A stretch of DNA of 64,000 nucleotides. It comes from a virus. The stretch lies in UHGV virus genome UHGV-0311442, one strand, 5' to 3'. This document shows positions 18,811 through 28,298 of the stretch, in pieces (within the stretch, counting starts at the first letter, position 1; every line of letters starts with the position of its first letter). The position numbers and the translations under genes are program-made. Below the pieces are notes generated by a model that saw only the letters and a program-made list of their open reading frames with translations, did no database searches and was not told the origin of the DNA.

Positions 18811-19164
18811 TCATTTCAACAAAACAAGATGAATTTGGTATTCGTCATCCGCAGGAGAAGAATAATCGCCGGTTTCAGGAAACGATAAATCCCCTAGTAG
18901 ACTGTGGAAGGATAATCCGTGTACAGCTTCAACTTTTCGTACAAGCGGAAAACCTGTTCTTTTAATCCAATTGTAATCGACAAACAAAACACCACCAGGA
19001 CTTCCCGAGCCTGACCATACGCGAATATCCACAGTCTTTCCTGAGAAGTTGGCAAGAACGGTGCGTAGTTTTAATAGCACACCGCGTGTGAGGGGTACTT
19101 CAATAACAGATTCAGGGAATCTAAAACCGAATCCGTTGGGAGTATTAAAGAACTGAGCTTGCAT
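18811..19164 (-). CDS. Hypothetical protein (117 aa)
   Basis: ATG with AAGGAG upstream. Confidence 0.5.
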   Translation of the reverse strand: MQAQFFNTPNGFGFRFPESVIEVPLTRGVLLKLRTVLANFSGKTVDIRVWSGSGSPGGVLFVDYNWIKRTGFPLVRKVEAVHGLSFHSLLGDLSFPETGDYSSPADDEYQIHLVLLK

Positions 19165-19180
19165 GGTAAATTCTCCTTTA

Positions 19181-19222
19181 GGGTAAAAAATGAAAATACC
19201 CTACTCCTGTCTAGGAGTAGGG
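19181..19222 (-). terminator. Rho-independent terminator (minus strand)
   Basis: Stem CCCTACTCC/GGAGTAGGG, loop TGTCTA, at 19199-19222; A-rich run on the plus strand just upstream. Confidence 0.65.
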
Positions 19223-19228
19223 TAGGTG

Positions 19229-19888
19229 TTACATACGGGTAACTGAATCCCAGTAATCGCGAAGATATTCTTGATCCTCAGGATCTTTCGGTGTAGCCGG
19301 AATGTGGCCGTCAAACTCAAACGGAATTACAGACAGAACATCCGCAATCTCGTAACGCTCGACTTCCAGTTCAACTTTCACCCAGTCACCGACGCTGGTA
19401 CTACTACGCATCTCGGTGAGGAGATCGTTAAAGTCACCCGAAACTTCAATTGCGGGGTGTCCGGTGGTGATACTGAAAATATCAATATCCCAATGCTTAG
19501 CACCTTTATCGGCTAATTCGCCCGGTTCTAAGTGGATACGCTTCACCAGGTGCGCCAAATAACCGTCCTTGTAAAAAGAGAGTGCAGAACTAATACCGAT
19601 ATCCGAATTCTCTTCAACCTTTCCGTCCAGGAATTTACGCTTAAGCGTTAGCTGTGCTGTACCGTCTTCTTTAATACGGATACGGCGACGCCCGCCTTCT
19701 ATCGGCATGAGGATGTCCATGAACATCTTAGTGGACTGTGCGTGTAGCCAATCCCATCCCGCTTGCGTAGGTTTAACCCAGACGCAATATTCCTTTTCCA
19801 CTTCGCGTTTAATGGATTCGCCCGCAACGCGAATAACCTCTTCTTCCTGCGCTTTTTCCAATTGCGCAAGGGTATCGAATAATCCCAT
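19229..19888 (-). CDS. CYTH-like (triphosphate tunnel metalloenzyme) domain protein
   Basis: 219 aa; N-terminal REVEKEY (ExExK-aromatic), then GGRRRIRIKEDG (RxR) and AQLTLKRK, the usual CYTH motif order. Confidence 0.4.
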   Translation of the reverse strand: MGLFDTLAQLEKAQEEEVIRVAGESIKREVEKEYCVWVKPTQAGWDWLHAQSTKMFMDILMPIEGGRRRIRIKEDGTAQLTLKRKFLDGKVEENSDIGISSALSFYKDGYLAHLVKRIHLEPGELADKGAKHWDIDIFSITTGHPAIEVSGDFNDLLTEMRSSTSVGDWVKVELEVERYEIADVLSVIPFEFDGHIPATPKDPEDQEYLRDYWDSVTRM

Positions 19889-20730
19889 TAGATTAATCCC
19901 ATACTTTCACTGACGCTCGTAATGTCGAACGTTGTGTCGTTAAAGTCGATGTTTTCTACAATAGAAACCACCAGATTAGGAAGCCATTCCGAATGGGGTG
20001 GTGTAATAACCCGGCCGTTCATAACGTAGTAATGCAAGAACGGTAATCCCATCGAATGGCAGTACGATAACACATTACCTAAGCAGCTTCCGTCAAACTT
20101 CAAGAGTCGGAGCTTACGCAATAATGCGTTTTGAAATGCACCGTTCGCGTAATTGCTAAACTCGCCAGGCCGATAATCCGTGCCCCCGTAGATACTCGCC
20201 TTTAATCGACGACCGTGTTGTATACATTCAGCCCCAGTCAGGGTGCGTAATAAACGGATGTCAGGATATTCAGTTTCCAAACGACCCAACGCGTTTATTC
20301 CGTAGCCCTTGTAGAACAGATAGTCTACGATCCTTAAATAATGATAGTAGCCTTCTAACGTTAAAAACTGACCATGTATCGTGTCGAATTTCGCACCGTT
20401 AGGTTGCGCGTAGAAGTTACTGATCATTTTCCCTACGGTAGTACGACCGTTAGAGTAAAGGTTAAGATGGTTGATACCATCGGTAAAAGGGAGTTTTTCG
20501 GGTAACGCACAAACGTAGCCTAAACGACGAAGGTATAGGACATAAACAAAGCGCTCATCAGGAGTAAGCACGATGTTTGACGCGTTAACGTATCCATTAG
20601 GATTATTTCGCCCAGGTTGATAACCCAGCGTTAATGCCAGAGCGTGATTGTCTTCGCCCTGACTTTTGATCTTCTTTAATACGGAACGCAGTAATTGTGG
20701 TTCGGACATAACCGGCCTCTTAAATAGCAA
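19888..20730 (-). CDS. Hypothetical protein (about 270-280 aa)
   Basis: ORF in the minus-strand block; true start may be an internal Met. Confidence 0.5.
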   Translation of the reverse strand: MLFKRPVMSEPQLLRSVLKKIKSQGEDNHALALTLGYQPGRNNPNGYVNASNIVLTPDERFVYVLYLRRLGYVCALPEKLPFTDGINHLNLYSNGRTTVGKMISNFYAQPNGAKFDTIHGQFLTLEGYYHYLRIVDYLFYKGYGINALGRLETEYPDIRLLRTLTGAECIQHGRRLKASIYGGTDYRPGEFSNYANGAFQNALLRKLRLLKFDGSCLGNVLSYCHSMGLPFLHYYVMNGRVITPPHSEWLPNLVVSIVENIDFNDTTFDITSVSESMGLI

Positions 20731-22021
20731 AATAGTCTTCCACGATTTTATCGGTAGACTGGTAACTTACACTGCCCGCAGCAATCACGTAATTACGTTT
20801 CTCAGTGGTCAGTAGCGCCTGAATCGCATTTACGCCTGCATAGGTGTAAAGTTTAAGTTCAGTCATTTCCGGCGTGATGTTTTTCGCTTTGTCCCACTTT
20901 GCATCTAATCCTTTAAATAGCGTTAATAGACGAGTACCATACGTTTTGAAACTGACACCAGGTTCAACCCGTAGGTTAGCCATGAGGTTCTGGATAACGG
21001 TGGCTGCGATCTGGGTCCCTTGTCCCGGTTGCAGTTTATCCAGATAGTATTCCGTTGAATCGAGATTACCTGTCGCTGCCGCCTGAATCATCAACTCGCC
21101 GTACAGTACCTCTTTCGCTTGTGCATCAGTAATCGCTTGAAGCATCGGCTCAATTTTAGCCGGTAAACCATAACTGTTCAGTTTGGTAGATAGGCCATAA
21201 ATCAGCGCTGAAGAGGTATTAATGTCTAACGTGGAGAAACTGTCGCTGCCTTTAAAGCTGTTAATCAGGTTATCGATGGCTAAGAAGTCGTCTAAGTCTT
21301 TGTAGCTGTCGAAAGTATGTTGTACGTCATCAACGATCGAGGTGATTTGATAACGCATACTGTTGACTTCAGACATAAACCCGTTGACTTCTTGGCTAAC
21401 TTCCGAGGGGAGTTTAGCCAGTTGCCCAGCAATGTTCATCGTCCCTTCGAGACGTTTTTTCACCGAGTTAAAGTCAGTACCGATACCTGATAAAACAGAG
21501 TCGGTTAAGCTGCCGATGCTGTCCCACCCTTTACCTAACAGCTTCCCCATTCCACCTGGACTTAGGTAGTCTAACGCCTTTAGACCATCTTCATCCTTTT
21601 TCTTAAAGGGTTCAGAAACGTCACGCTTTTGTGGGTCGAGGACAGGAAGCGTTTCTTTGGTGTTAGATGCAAAACCGGGAACCTTTTGTCCTGGCGACAC
21701 CCCCGAGGCTGAACTCCCCGCAGTCTTAGTTCCCCCAACACTGGCGGTATCACTACCGCCAAAAAGGTTACCAATTTTGCTGGTCAGCTCGTTACCACCG
21801 CTAAGCAGTTTGTTGAATGTTTCACCAGCACGTTCTGATAATCGGTTGACGTTATCGACCGTGTTCTTAATACCACGCTCCGCATTTTCCACCGTTGTTT
21901 GTACGCGGTTTGCGGCGTTCTTTGCCGTATTAACGGAATTATCGATTGCCGACTGACCTTTATTTATCTGACTGGTTATTTGGTCGATTTTCATTCTGGT
22001 CTCCAATTTGGTATTCGTCAA
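20720..22021 (-). CDS. Hypothetical protein with coiled-coil N-terminus (433 aa)
   Basis: Long ORF; N-terminal 100 aa rich in Q/N/K/E heptad-like sequence, Gly/Ser-rich linker. Confidence 0.55.
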   Translation of the reverse strand: MTNTKLETRMKIDQITSQINKGQSAIDNSVNTAKNAANRVQTTVENAERGIKNTVDNVNRLSERAGETFNKLLSGGNELTSKIGNLFGGSDTASVGGTKTAGSSASGVSPGQKVPGFASNTKETLPVLDPQKRDVSEPFKKKDEDGLKALDYLSPGGMGKLLGKGWDSIGSLTDSVLSGIGTDFNSVKKRLEGTMNIAGQLAKLPSEVSQEVNGFMSEVNSMRYQITSIVDDVQHTFDSYKDLDDFLAIDNLINSFKGSDSFSTLDINTSSALIYGLSTKLNSYGLPAKIEPMLQAITDAQAKEVLYGELMIQAAATGNLDSTEYYLDKLQPGQGTQIAATVIQNLMANLRVEPGVSFKTYGTRLLTLFKGLDAKWDKAKNITPEMTELKLYTYAGVNAIQALLTTEKRNYVIAAGSVSYQSTDKIVEDYFAI

Positions 22022-22805
22022 GGTTTACCGTGACCTGAACTTCGTAGATTTTATTGTCTTTCTGACGCCTTAAAGTCAAAAGGATTTCGAAACTACGAAC
22101 ATCAATTGCCTTGAGTACCCTCATAAACCATTTCCAGGAAAACTTCTTTTTTAACCTTAGATTGTGCTGCATGTTGTGTCGCAAATCATTTCGTTTCGAC
22201 GGTGTTTGCTCACAGTTAGCAGGATCGTTAACGAAGTTTGTGGAAAGACGGTACCACCAGTCCGCATTCATTTTCATGTTTGCGAAGATAGTCCAAGTTA
22301 ACCGAGATAACGGATGTACCATCATCTTTGCGGTCTCACCACAGTTCTGGAAATAACGGTTCAGTTGCGCAGTTGCAGACTCTTTAGGTCGTTCGTCGTT
22401 ATCTTCGAACAAATCCCGAGCGAGATCTTCACGCACGCGTGTGGTAATTTCAGATACGGTTTTTGTTTTGAAGTGTCCTCGGTAAGTGGTTACACAAATC
22501 CGCAGTGTCTCCACTCCGGTAATCACCAACCCTTCTGTAAAACCTCGCCAGGTAAGATCGACAGGTAGTGCAGGGATGTTACCTGAACTCAGCTTCGTGG
22601 AGATACGTTGTATTCGATCGTCCATCGTTGCTTTTGAACGTGTTTTAAATTCTGGAGACAGAATATGTTTGGCGACGGCGAGTTTATAATCCGAAGGCTT
22701 CCATCCGATCAATTCTTTATAATTCCAATATAGTGTTTGAAGTGGTCCGCCTGCACGTTCGTCTTCAGCGTCCACGACCACACTTACTTTTTTGCTATCC
22801 ATCAC
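21960..22805 (-). CDS. Hypothetical protein (281 aa)
   Basis: ORF with ATG start. Confidence 0.5.
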   Translation of the reverse strand: MMDSKKVSVVVDAEDERAGGPLQTLYWNYKELIGWKPSDYKLAVAKHILSPEFKTRSKATMDDRIQRISTKLSSGNIPALPVDLTWRGFTEGLVITGVETLRICVTTYRGHFKTKTVSEITTRVREDLARDLFEDNDERPKESATAQLNRYFQNCGETAKMMVHPLSRLTWTIFANMKMNADWWYRLSTNFVNDPANCEQTPSKRNDLRHNMQHNLRLKKKFSWKWFMRVLKAIDVRSFEILLTLRRQKDNKIYEVQVTVNLDEYQIGDQNENRPNNQSDK

Positions 22806-22835
22806 ATCACCTTGTTACAAGGGGTTACTGGTTTA

Positions 22836-23384
22836 TTAAATAGGACGTTCTAAAAGGTAGTGTTCAATCAACGTTTCCAACTCCCGGAATAAATGCGCAG
22901 TTTGATTTACCAGCGCTTTGTCTTCGTCGGACTCCGGTTTAAGGAACGCCGATTCATAGGGTTGAATTAGCGCGAGTAATTTACCCAGCTTATAAGCGGC
23001 AACCTCAGGACTGGACGTCCCAAAATAAGTGTCTAGCCATCGGTATTCCGCCAAGTCGTTTCGTTTATTTAAAGCGTCAGGTAATGGTAGCCATTCGATT
23101 GAACTCCTGTTAATTGCTCGTTGGTATTCATTAATGAGAAATGCCAAACGTTGATAAACGAGATCAATGTTATTAATACGCAATTCGAGGAAACCGCGAA
23201 GGCTGGGACGAAAGGGTTCTTCATTTATGTTTAAAGGCAACGTAAGCAATTGTAAGCCGGTAAAGACTCTGACATAGGGGTTGTGGGTGTTCTTATGGAA
23301 CTCCTGCTTCAGAGACTCTCTGAGGGCTTTTAAACGATTATTCTCTAACCGTTGTTTAAAACGAGTTATTATTCCTGTTAACAT
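22836..23384 (-). CDS. Hypothetical protein (182 aa)
   Basis: First gene of a minus-strand run; divergent from the plus-strand gene at 23456. Confidence 0.5.
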   Translation of the reverse strand: MLTGIITRFKQRLENNRLKALRESLKQEFHKNTHNPYVRVFTGLQLLTLPLNINEEPFRPSLRGFLELRINNIDLVYQRLAFLINEYQRAINRSSIEWLPLPDALNKRNDLAEYRWLDTYFGTSSPEVAAYKLGKLLALIQPYESAFLKPESDEDKALVNQTAHLFRELETLIEHYLLERPI

Positions 23385-23412
23385 AATTCACTCCTAAAGA
23401 ATGTCTCACGTA

Positions 23413-23423
23413 GATAATATCTG
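23413..23423. promoter_or_regulatory. Copy of recurrent AT-rich motif GATAATATCTG in a divergent intergenic region
   Basis: Same motif recurs at 32529-32539, 42021-42031, 50241-50257 and 54527-54543, always in non-coding or gene-end positions. Confidence 0.3.
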
Positions 23424-23455
23424 TCTGACTTCTTTTTGAAATTGAGGTAGTAAGA

Positions 23456-23920
23456 ATGGCTGACGAAGAAGTGAAATATCAGGCGTTTGATGGAGATGTG
23501 GACGACGAAGAATCGCTTCTCCGCCAAACGCAACAAGCCCGTGTACGGATTGTGAATCTCATCTTAGACGATCCACAAGCACACAAAGACTTGAAAACGG
23601 TAGACCGGTTAGGGTCTTTGCTTAACGACGTTGATAAACAAATCATTTCCAAACGTCGCGTCGCCGCTGCACAGAAAAACAGCGAAGCTAACCAAGATTT
23701 GGCGAATGCACTTAATAGCATCCTCATGCAACGTGGCAACATCAAAATACGTCGTCACGATGAGGAAATCGAAGAAACCCAGGGCTACCAGCCCCCCGTT
23801 CCTGTTATTCCTGATGTTGAAGTAACAGAAGGGGAGCTGGCACCAGTAGGTGAACAAATCGATGTTAAGTCCATTATGACGGCGGCGTTTGCACGTCCTG
23901 AGCAGGGCGAGCAAGACTAA
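23456..23920 (+). CDS. Hypothetical acidic protein (154 aa)
   Basis: Isolated plus-strand ORF with ATG start, D/E-rich. Confidence 0.5.
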   Translation: MADEEVKYQAFDGDVDDEESLLRQTQQARVRIVNLILDDPQAHKDLKTVDRLGSLLNDVDKQIISKRRVAAAQKNSEANQDLANALNSILMQRGNIKIRRHDEEIEETQGYQPPVPVIPDVEVTEGELAPVGEQIDVKSIMTAAFARPEQGEQD

Positions 23921-24596
23921 ATAAAGCGGCATCTCGTGGGTCGACACCGACCCACTCTGCCATAAACCGGATATGTTCCTTAAACGGGTTAACCCCGTCT
24001 TGTTTGATTTGTTCAACCAACACTCCGGTCAGTTCTGGTGTGAGCATGGCAGGGTGTGTGATGGTAAAGCTCGGAATCGGTTTTTTCAAGTGTGTGGCGT
24101 TAAGCTTAATCCACTCGAACCAATCGTACATTATCCAGCAATCCCACGCCAATGACAATCTCCCCGGTGTGAGATCTTCTAACGACCAAGACACTAATTC
24201 AACTTGTACGTTATTGTAGTACATCCGAAACAGATTCAAAAAGGCTTGAAGTTCTTCGCCCGTTAAATCCGTATAAGGCCACGTATTGATGGTCAGAGTG
24301 GGTTTTTCAATTGGCGAATGCATTTCGATTTCAAGCAACATACACTCGAATTCGTTTTTCATTGTTGCCAATAATTCAGTAGGCTGCGCATTAATCAACG
24401 CGCGCTTATCCCGCTTCCGCCACTCTTCATCCCATTTTTCAAATCCAAGTACGCCAGCCCAAGCTTCTGTATAGCGACGACGATAAACGTCGTAGTCTAG
24501 CAATGTTAAGCTTTCAGGCTTAACGGCTTTTACCCAACCTAAACGCGTATCAAATAACGTATCAATATCGATTAAGAAACGCCGAGATAATCTCAT
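23874..24596 (-). CDS. Hypothetical protein (240 aa)
   Basis: ORF in the minus-strand block. Confidence 0.5.
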   Translation of the reverse strand: MRLSRRFLIDIDTLFDTRLGWVKAVKPESLTLLDYDVYRRRYTEAWAGVLGFEKWDEEWRKRDKRALINAQPTELLATMKNEFECMLLEIEMHSPIEKPTLTINTWPYTDLTGEELQAFLNLFRMYYNNVQVELVSWSLEDLTPGRLSLAWDCWIMYDWFEWIKLNATHLKKPIPSFTITHPAMLTPELTGVLVEQIKQDGVNPFKEHIRFMAEWVGVDPRDAALFSLARPAQDVQTPPS

Positions 24597-25261
24597 GACG
24601 GATGGCCTATGTTGTTACCGATATGCATCGCTTTTAGGTACGCCGACCACGTACGCGTTGCTTTAGAACTCGTTCGCTCCGCCCCAGGCAAATCAATACG
24701 CCCTTTACCGGTTTGGCGCAACGATTGATAGAAAGCACGTTGTAGTGCGTCGTTACCACCACGCGCCCACAAGAACTCTTTCAGTGTCCAGTCGTGACCA
24801 TCGGAGTACATGATGTATGCCTCTGGGAAGGACACCCCGGATGCTTTAGAAGGTCCGACGACTTGACCGGAGAGTTTATCGCGAACTTTGTCGTTTTTCG
24901 CAACCGCCATTTTCTTTTCTTGCATCTGTGTCTGACGACGGACAGGCAAGCGTAAGACTAAGTGAGGGTAACGAGTACGGTGATAGACACCCGTTTTTGG
25001 TTCTGTTAGCCAGAGTCGTTGTTCCAGGTTTACCCCGAGAATTTTGCACACCTCGATATTGCGCAGGTGGTCAATTTCGACTTTACTTCCCACCGGGTTG
25101 TAAATAGGTAAACCGTTACGAAGTCGGTTAAACTGTTCGTCGGTCATTCGTGCGAAGGCTTTCTTCGCGGCTTCGGCATTAATGCCAGAAGGGTCTACCA
25201 ACTTTAAGATTTGTAAGGCGTAGGCTTCCGCCTTTTTACGCCGTGCTGGTTCGAGTTTCAT
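24593..25261 (-). CDS. Hypothetical protein (222 aa)
   Basis: ORF; its stop overlaps the downstream gene start. Confidence 0.5.
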   Translation of the reverse strand: MKLEPARRKKAEAYALQILKLVDPSGINAEAAKKAFARMTDEQFNRLRNGLPIYNPVGSKVEIDHLRNIEVCKILGVNLEQRLWLTEPKTGVYHRTRYPHLVLRLPVRRQTQMQEKKMAVAKNDKVRDKLSGQVVGPSKASGVSFPEAYIMYSDGHDWTLKEFLWARGGNDALQRAFYQSLRQTGKGRIDLPGAERTSSKATRTWSAYLKAMHIGNNIGHPS

Positions 25262-25535
25262 TGTCTACCGCCTTACGTAAATTGGATAACGTTTCTGCTT
25301 CAAGCAGGTCAATCCAGTAGCTAATAGCTTCCGTGTTTTCAGGAAGTTCGGAACGTACTGGCGCATACCCGTAACGCACTAATAGATTCGAGTAATACTC
25401 AGCGACCTTTAAACAAAAAGATTCCAGATCGGGAAACGGAAGAGTGAAGGCTTCACGAAATTCGGCCGCTGTTTCTAAATTAACACTTGCCAATCCTTCA
25501 CTTAAGCGTTCCACAATCTCCGTTTGATAACGCAT
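25236..25535 (-). CDS. Hypothetical protein (99 aa)
   Basis: ORF with ATG start and GGAG upstream. Confidence 0.45.
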   Translation of the reverse strand: MRYQTEIVERLSEGLASVNLETAAEFREAFTLPFPDLESFCLKVAEYYSNLLVRYGYAPVRSELPENTEAISYWIDLLEAETLSNLRKAVDNETRTSTA

Positions 25536-25546
25536 GATGACTCCTT

Positions 25547-25593
25547 AGGTCGGGTAGGGTAATCCCTACCCGAGCCTATTTATTTCTTTTTCG
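25547..25593. terminator. GC-rich hairpin with plus-strand T-run; orientation atypical for the surrounding minus-strand genes
   Basis: Stem CGGGTAGGG/CCCTACCCG, loop TAAT, followed on the plus strand by GCCTATTTATTTCTTTTT; overlaps the 3-prime end of the 498-aa gene. Confidence 0.4.
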
Positions 25594-27076
25594 TCAGGAA
25601 CTTCGGTTCTAGCCCATCGACAGCCATACCCAGAATAGTACGTGCAGTCAATGTACGTTTACCACCTTTGGTTTCCTGGTCTTTAAACATCCAGTATTCT
25701 ACCGTGTTGTCCAGAATTTCATTCCAGTCCCACTTCTCGTCAATCATTTTGTAAATCTCACCCATGCTGAGATGATACTTCATTTCAAGACGATGGTAGT
25801 TGTTTTGCATATAAGCAATTGCCGCCGTGATCTCTAAAGCGCGACGTAAGCGTGCGTTATCAGAAATCATATCACGGATCGTCGTGCGTTGGAATTTCAC
25901 ACCAGGTAGAATGTCCAGTTCTTTGATGGAACCGCCACTACCGCTTGATGTGAAACCAAAGTCTGACTTCTTCAGCGTGTCACTTAAATAGTGCCACAGG
26001 CTCAGGTGATATAACAGACCCATTTCCTGAGAGAAGATCATCTGAAATTTCACACCGGTGTGACCACCCTTCGCACGATACTGGGTAAAGGTGATAATCT
26101 TCAAGTCGTTTACCGACGCATTCATCGCTTTAGAACGTGACGTCGGATAAAGTTCTTCGTTAACACCCGTCTGCGCGTTATAGCTCTGGTCTTTTTTCAG
26201 CTCCCCTGATTTCGTCGCGACGATAAAAGAGTTTGTTAAAAAGCTAAGCTGACGGCGAGGAATACCTGCGAATTTTAAATCGTCGTTGGCATCGTCAAGA
26301 ATTTTCGCATTTGCTTTTTGTGCCTGACGACCACCTGCCATCGCTTTCCCAGAGTCATCGGCCATCTGTGCCACGAAGCCCATGTAAAAACCACCGCGTG
26401 CAAACGCAGACGGCCAGCGGCTCATCATATTCGATTTTTGCAACGCGTCGTGGGCGTTCAGGATGTTCTGATCAGAATCCCCAATATCCGTTTTTGCGTG
26501 CTTGTCTTCCAGCGAACTGGAATGCCACTCTGACAGGGAGTCGATAGAATAAAGCCAGGGGTCCAGGATTTCTTTTAACTTACGACGAACCGGATCGGGG
26601 AACGGTGTTACGCGGGTTTTACCAGACATATACTGTTTGAAGCGTTTTTCAACTTCATCACGAATATAATCACTGTAATACTGTTCCCCAGGCATTACGT
26701 CAGAACCGACCAGGTTATAACGACCTTCGTGGATAAGCTCCAGTACGGATGTTCCGTCGTCGATACCGTTGGCGTTCATGGCAGAGATGTACCCAGTTTC
26801 TAAACGATCGAGGGCAGCGGACACTTCTGTATCGTACTTAGAACCCCACTCTGCTTTATAACGTTGCAGGATTTGGAAGATACAGAAATCTAACAAGGTG
26901 GATTTAAAGGTGTTACCGCGACCTGCGAAACCCATGATGTGGGCAAAACCACCGTTAAGGTAGTACAAACCATCTTCACCTTTTTCGTAGTTACCTAAGG
27001 CATGATCCATGATGGTGTAAACGTTAAAACGTGGACGAATTACTTCACCGATAACTTGCTTAGTTGGGCCTGCCAT
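25580..27076 (-). CDS. Hypothetical protein (498 aa)
   Basis: Long ORF with ATG start; AGRGNTFKST resembles a P-loop but is not a canonical Walker A. Confidence 0.6.
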   Translation of the reverse strand: MAGPTKQVIGEVIRPRFNVYTIMDHALGNYEKGEDGLYYLNGGFAHIMGFAGRGNTFKSTLLDFCIFQILQRYKAEWGSKYDTEVSAALDRLETGYISAMNANGIDDGTSVLELIHEGRYNLVGSDVMPGEQYYSDYIRDEVEKRFKQYMSGKTRVTPFPDPVRRKLKEILDPWLYSIDSLSEWHSSSLEDKHAKTDIGDSDQNILNAHDALQKSNMMSRWPSAFARGGFYMGFVAQMADDSGKAMAGGRQAQKANAKILDDANDDLKFAGIPRRQLSFLTNSFIVATKSGELKKDQSYNAQTGVNEELYPTSRSKAMNASVNDLKIITFTQYRAKGGHTGVKFQMIFSQEMGLLYHLSLWHYLSDTLKKSDFGFTSSGSGGSIKELDILPGVKFQRTTIRDMISDNARLRRALEITAAIAYMQNNYHRLEMKYHLSMGEIYKMIDEKWDWNEILDNTVEYWMFKDQETKGGKRTLTARTILGMAVDGLEPKFLTKKK

Positions 27077-27091
27077 TTAGCGCTCCGATAA

Positions 27092-27391
27092 TTAACGATT
27101 CTTGGTCGGAAGAAGGAGACGGCGGTTGTGCCAGAATTCAAAGTAGGTTTCTACCCACTCAGTAACTTCTTCCGCATTTTCAGGATAAGGGTTTTCAATA
27201 GACTCGAAACGGCGTTTGTTACGCTCGTCAATTTCCAGTTCCATAACACGTTTACCGCTCGGGCACGACGTTACGCTCAAGACTTTTCCAACTTGAATAG
27301 GCTTACCGTTCTGACCTTTTTTAACTGGGGACAGATAAATTTCCGGTTCTAAACGCGGTGTGGTGTTTCGAGTCAGTAATTTGATTTTCAT
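27092..27391 (-). CDS. Hypothetical protein (99 aa)
   Basis: ORF in the minus-strand block. Confidence 0.45.
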   Translation of the reverse strand: MKIKLLTRNTTPRLEPEIYLSPVKKGQNGKPIQVGKVLSVTSCPSGKRVMELEIDERNKRRFESIENPYPENAEEVTEWVETYFEFWHNRRLLLPTKNR

Positions 27392-27489
27392 CGAGCTTTA
27401 CCTTTATGGAAGAGTCTCGGTCATAAGGTTTGGGTGAACTGTAAAAAGACTTTACTATGTAACCCTGACTTATAATCCGAGGTTTTAGA

Positions 27490-28245
27490 ATGAATGTAAA
27501 TCCACTTGCAGCGTTATCTAGCTTCGCCGCTAAAGCGTCTGCAATCTTACCGAAAGGGTTTAGCGGCCCTCAACAAGAGATTGCATTAACCACTTATGAC
27601 GAGATGTCGGACGTTTCCAAGTGGATGCAACAAGAAAAATTCCTACACTTTGCGGGAATGTTGGTTATCGTTCCACCAGGGTTTAATACCTACGTGATGG
27701 ATCATTTGAACCGCTTAGAATCTGTATGGAGTTCACTACAAAACATCTATACGGGTATTCTGCTACCGGTCGATAAACAACTTTCGGCCCTTACACATGA
27801 TGTGGGGGTACTGTCATTACCGATTGGTTTCCGTTACAAAAACGTTAATTTGCCGTTACGTAATGTTAACCCGAAAGACCTGGTTAACTTATTAGCGAAA
27901 TCGTACACTAATAACGTTATTGACCAGCGACCAATTGAGAAGACGTACCACAGCGCGTCTGAGATTGACGTTGCGTTCAATCGTGCTAAAGCCCTGAACG
28001 TTGAAATCACAAAACGTCTACGGACGAACATCGACAAGTCAATCGAGTCCATTCGCACTACGTCAGAAATCTTGTCCGAACAAAACATTCATCCGAATGT
28101 AGCAAAAGAACTGACGATGATGTTAGATTTTGCATCCGATTGGGTGGAGCTGTTTGGTTTGTTCATGAAACAGGTTAACGAGTTAATCGAATGTCTGAAC
28201 GTTACTGCCGAACGCTTAAAAGCGCTTAAGGCAAACAAAAAATAA
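27490..28245 (+). CDS. Hypothetical protein (251 aa)
   Basis: Isolated plus-strand ORF with ATG start, followed by a bidirectional terminator. Confidence 0.55.
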   Translation: MNVNPLAALSSFAAKASAILPKGFSGPQQEIALTTYDEMSDVSKWMQQEKFLHFAGMLVIVPPGFNTYVMDHLNRLESVWSSLQNIYTGILLPVDKQLSALTHDVGVLSLPIGFRYKNVNLPLRNVNPKDLVNLLAKSYTNNVIDQRPIEKTYHSASEIDVAFNRAKALNVEITKRLRTNIDKSIESIRTTSEILSEQNIHPNVAKELTMMLDFASDWVELFGLFMKQVNELIECLNVTAERLKALKANKK

Positions 28246-28298
28246 AAAAGTAAAGTTACCCCTAGACCACACGGTCTAGGGGTAAACTATTTATTTCC
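28236..28298. terminator. Bidirectional rho-independent terminator
   Basis: Stem CCCCTAGACC/GGTCTAGGGG, loop ACAC, A-run upstream and TAAACTATTTATTT downstream. Confidence 0.7.

Noticed and set aside
25580-27076. 498-aa protein as terminase large subunit or RecA-like ATPase
   Set aside because: The only P-loop-like segment (AGRGNTFKST) is not a canonical Walker A, and no Walker B or nuclease motifs could be placed; left hypothetical.
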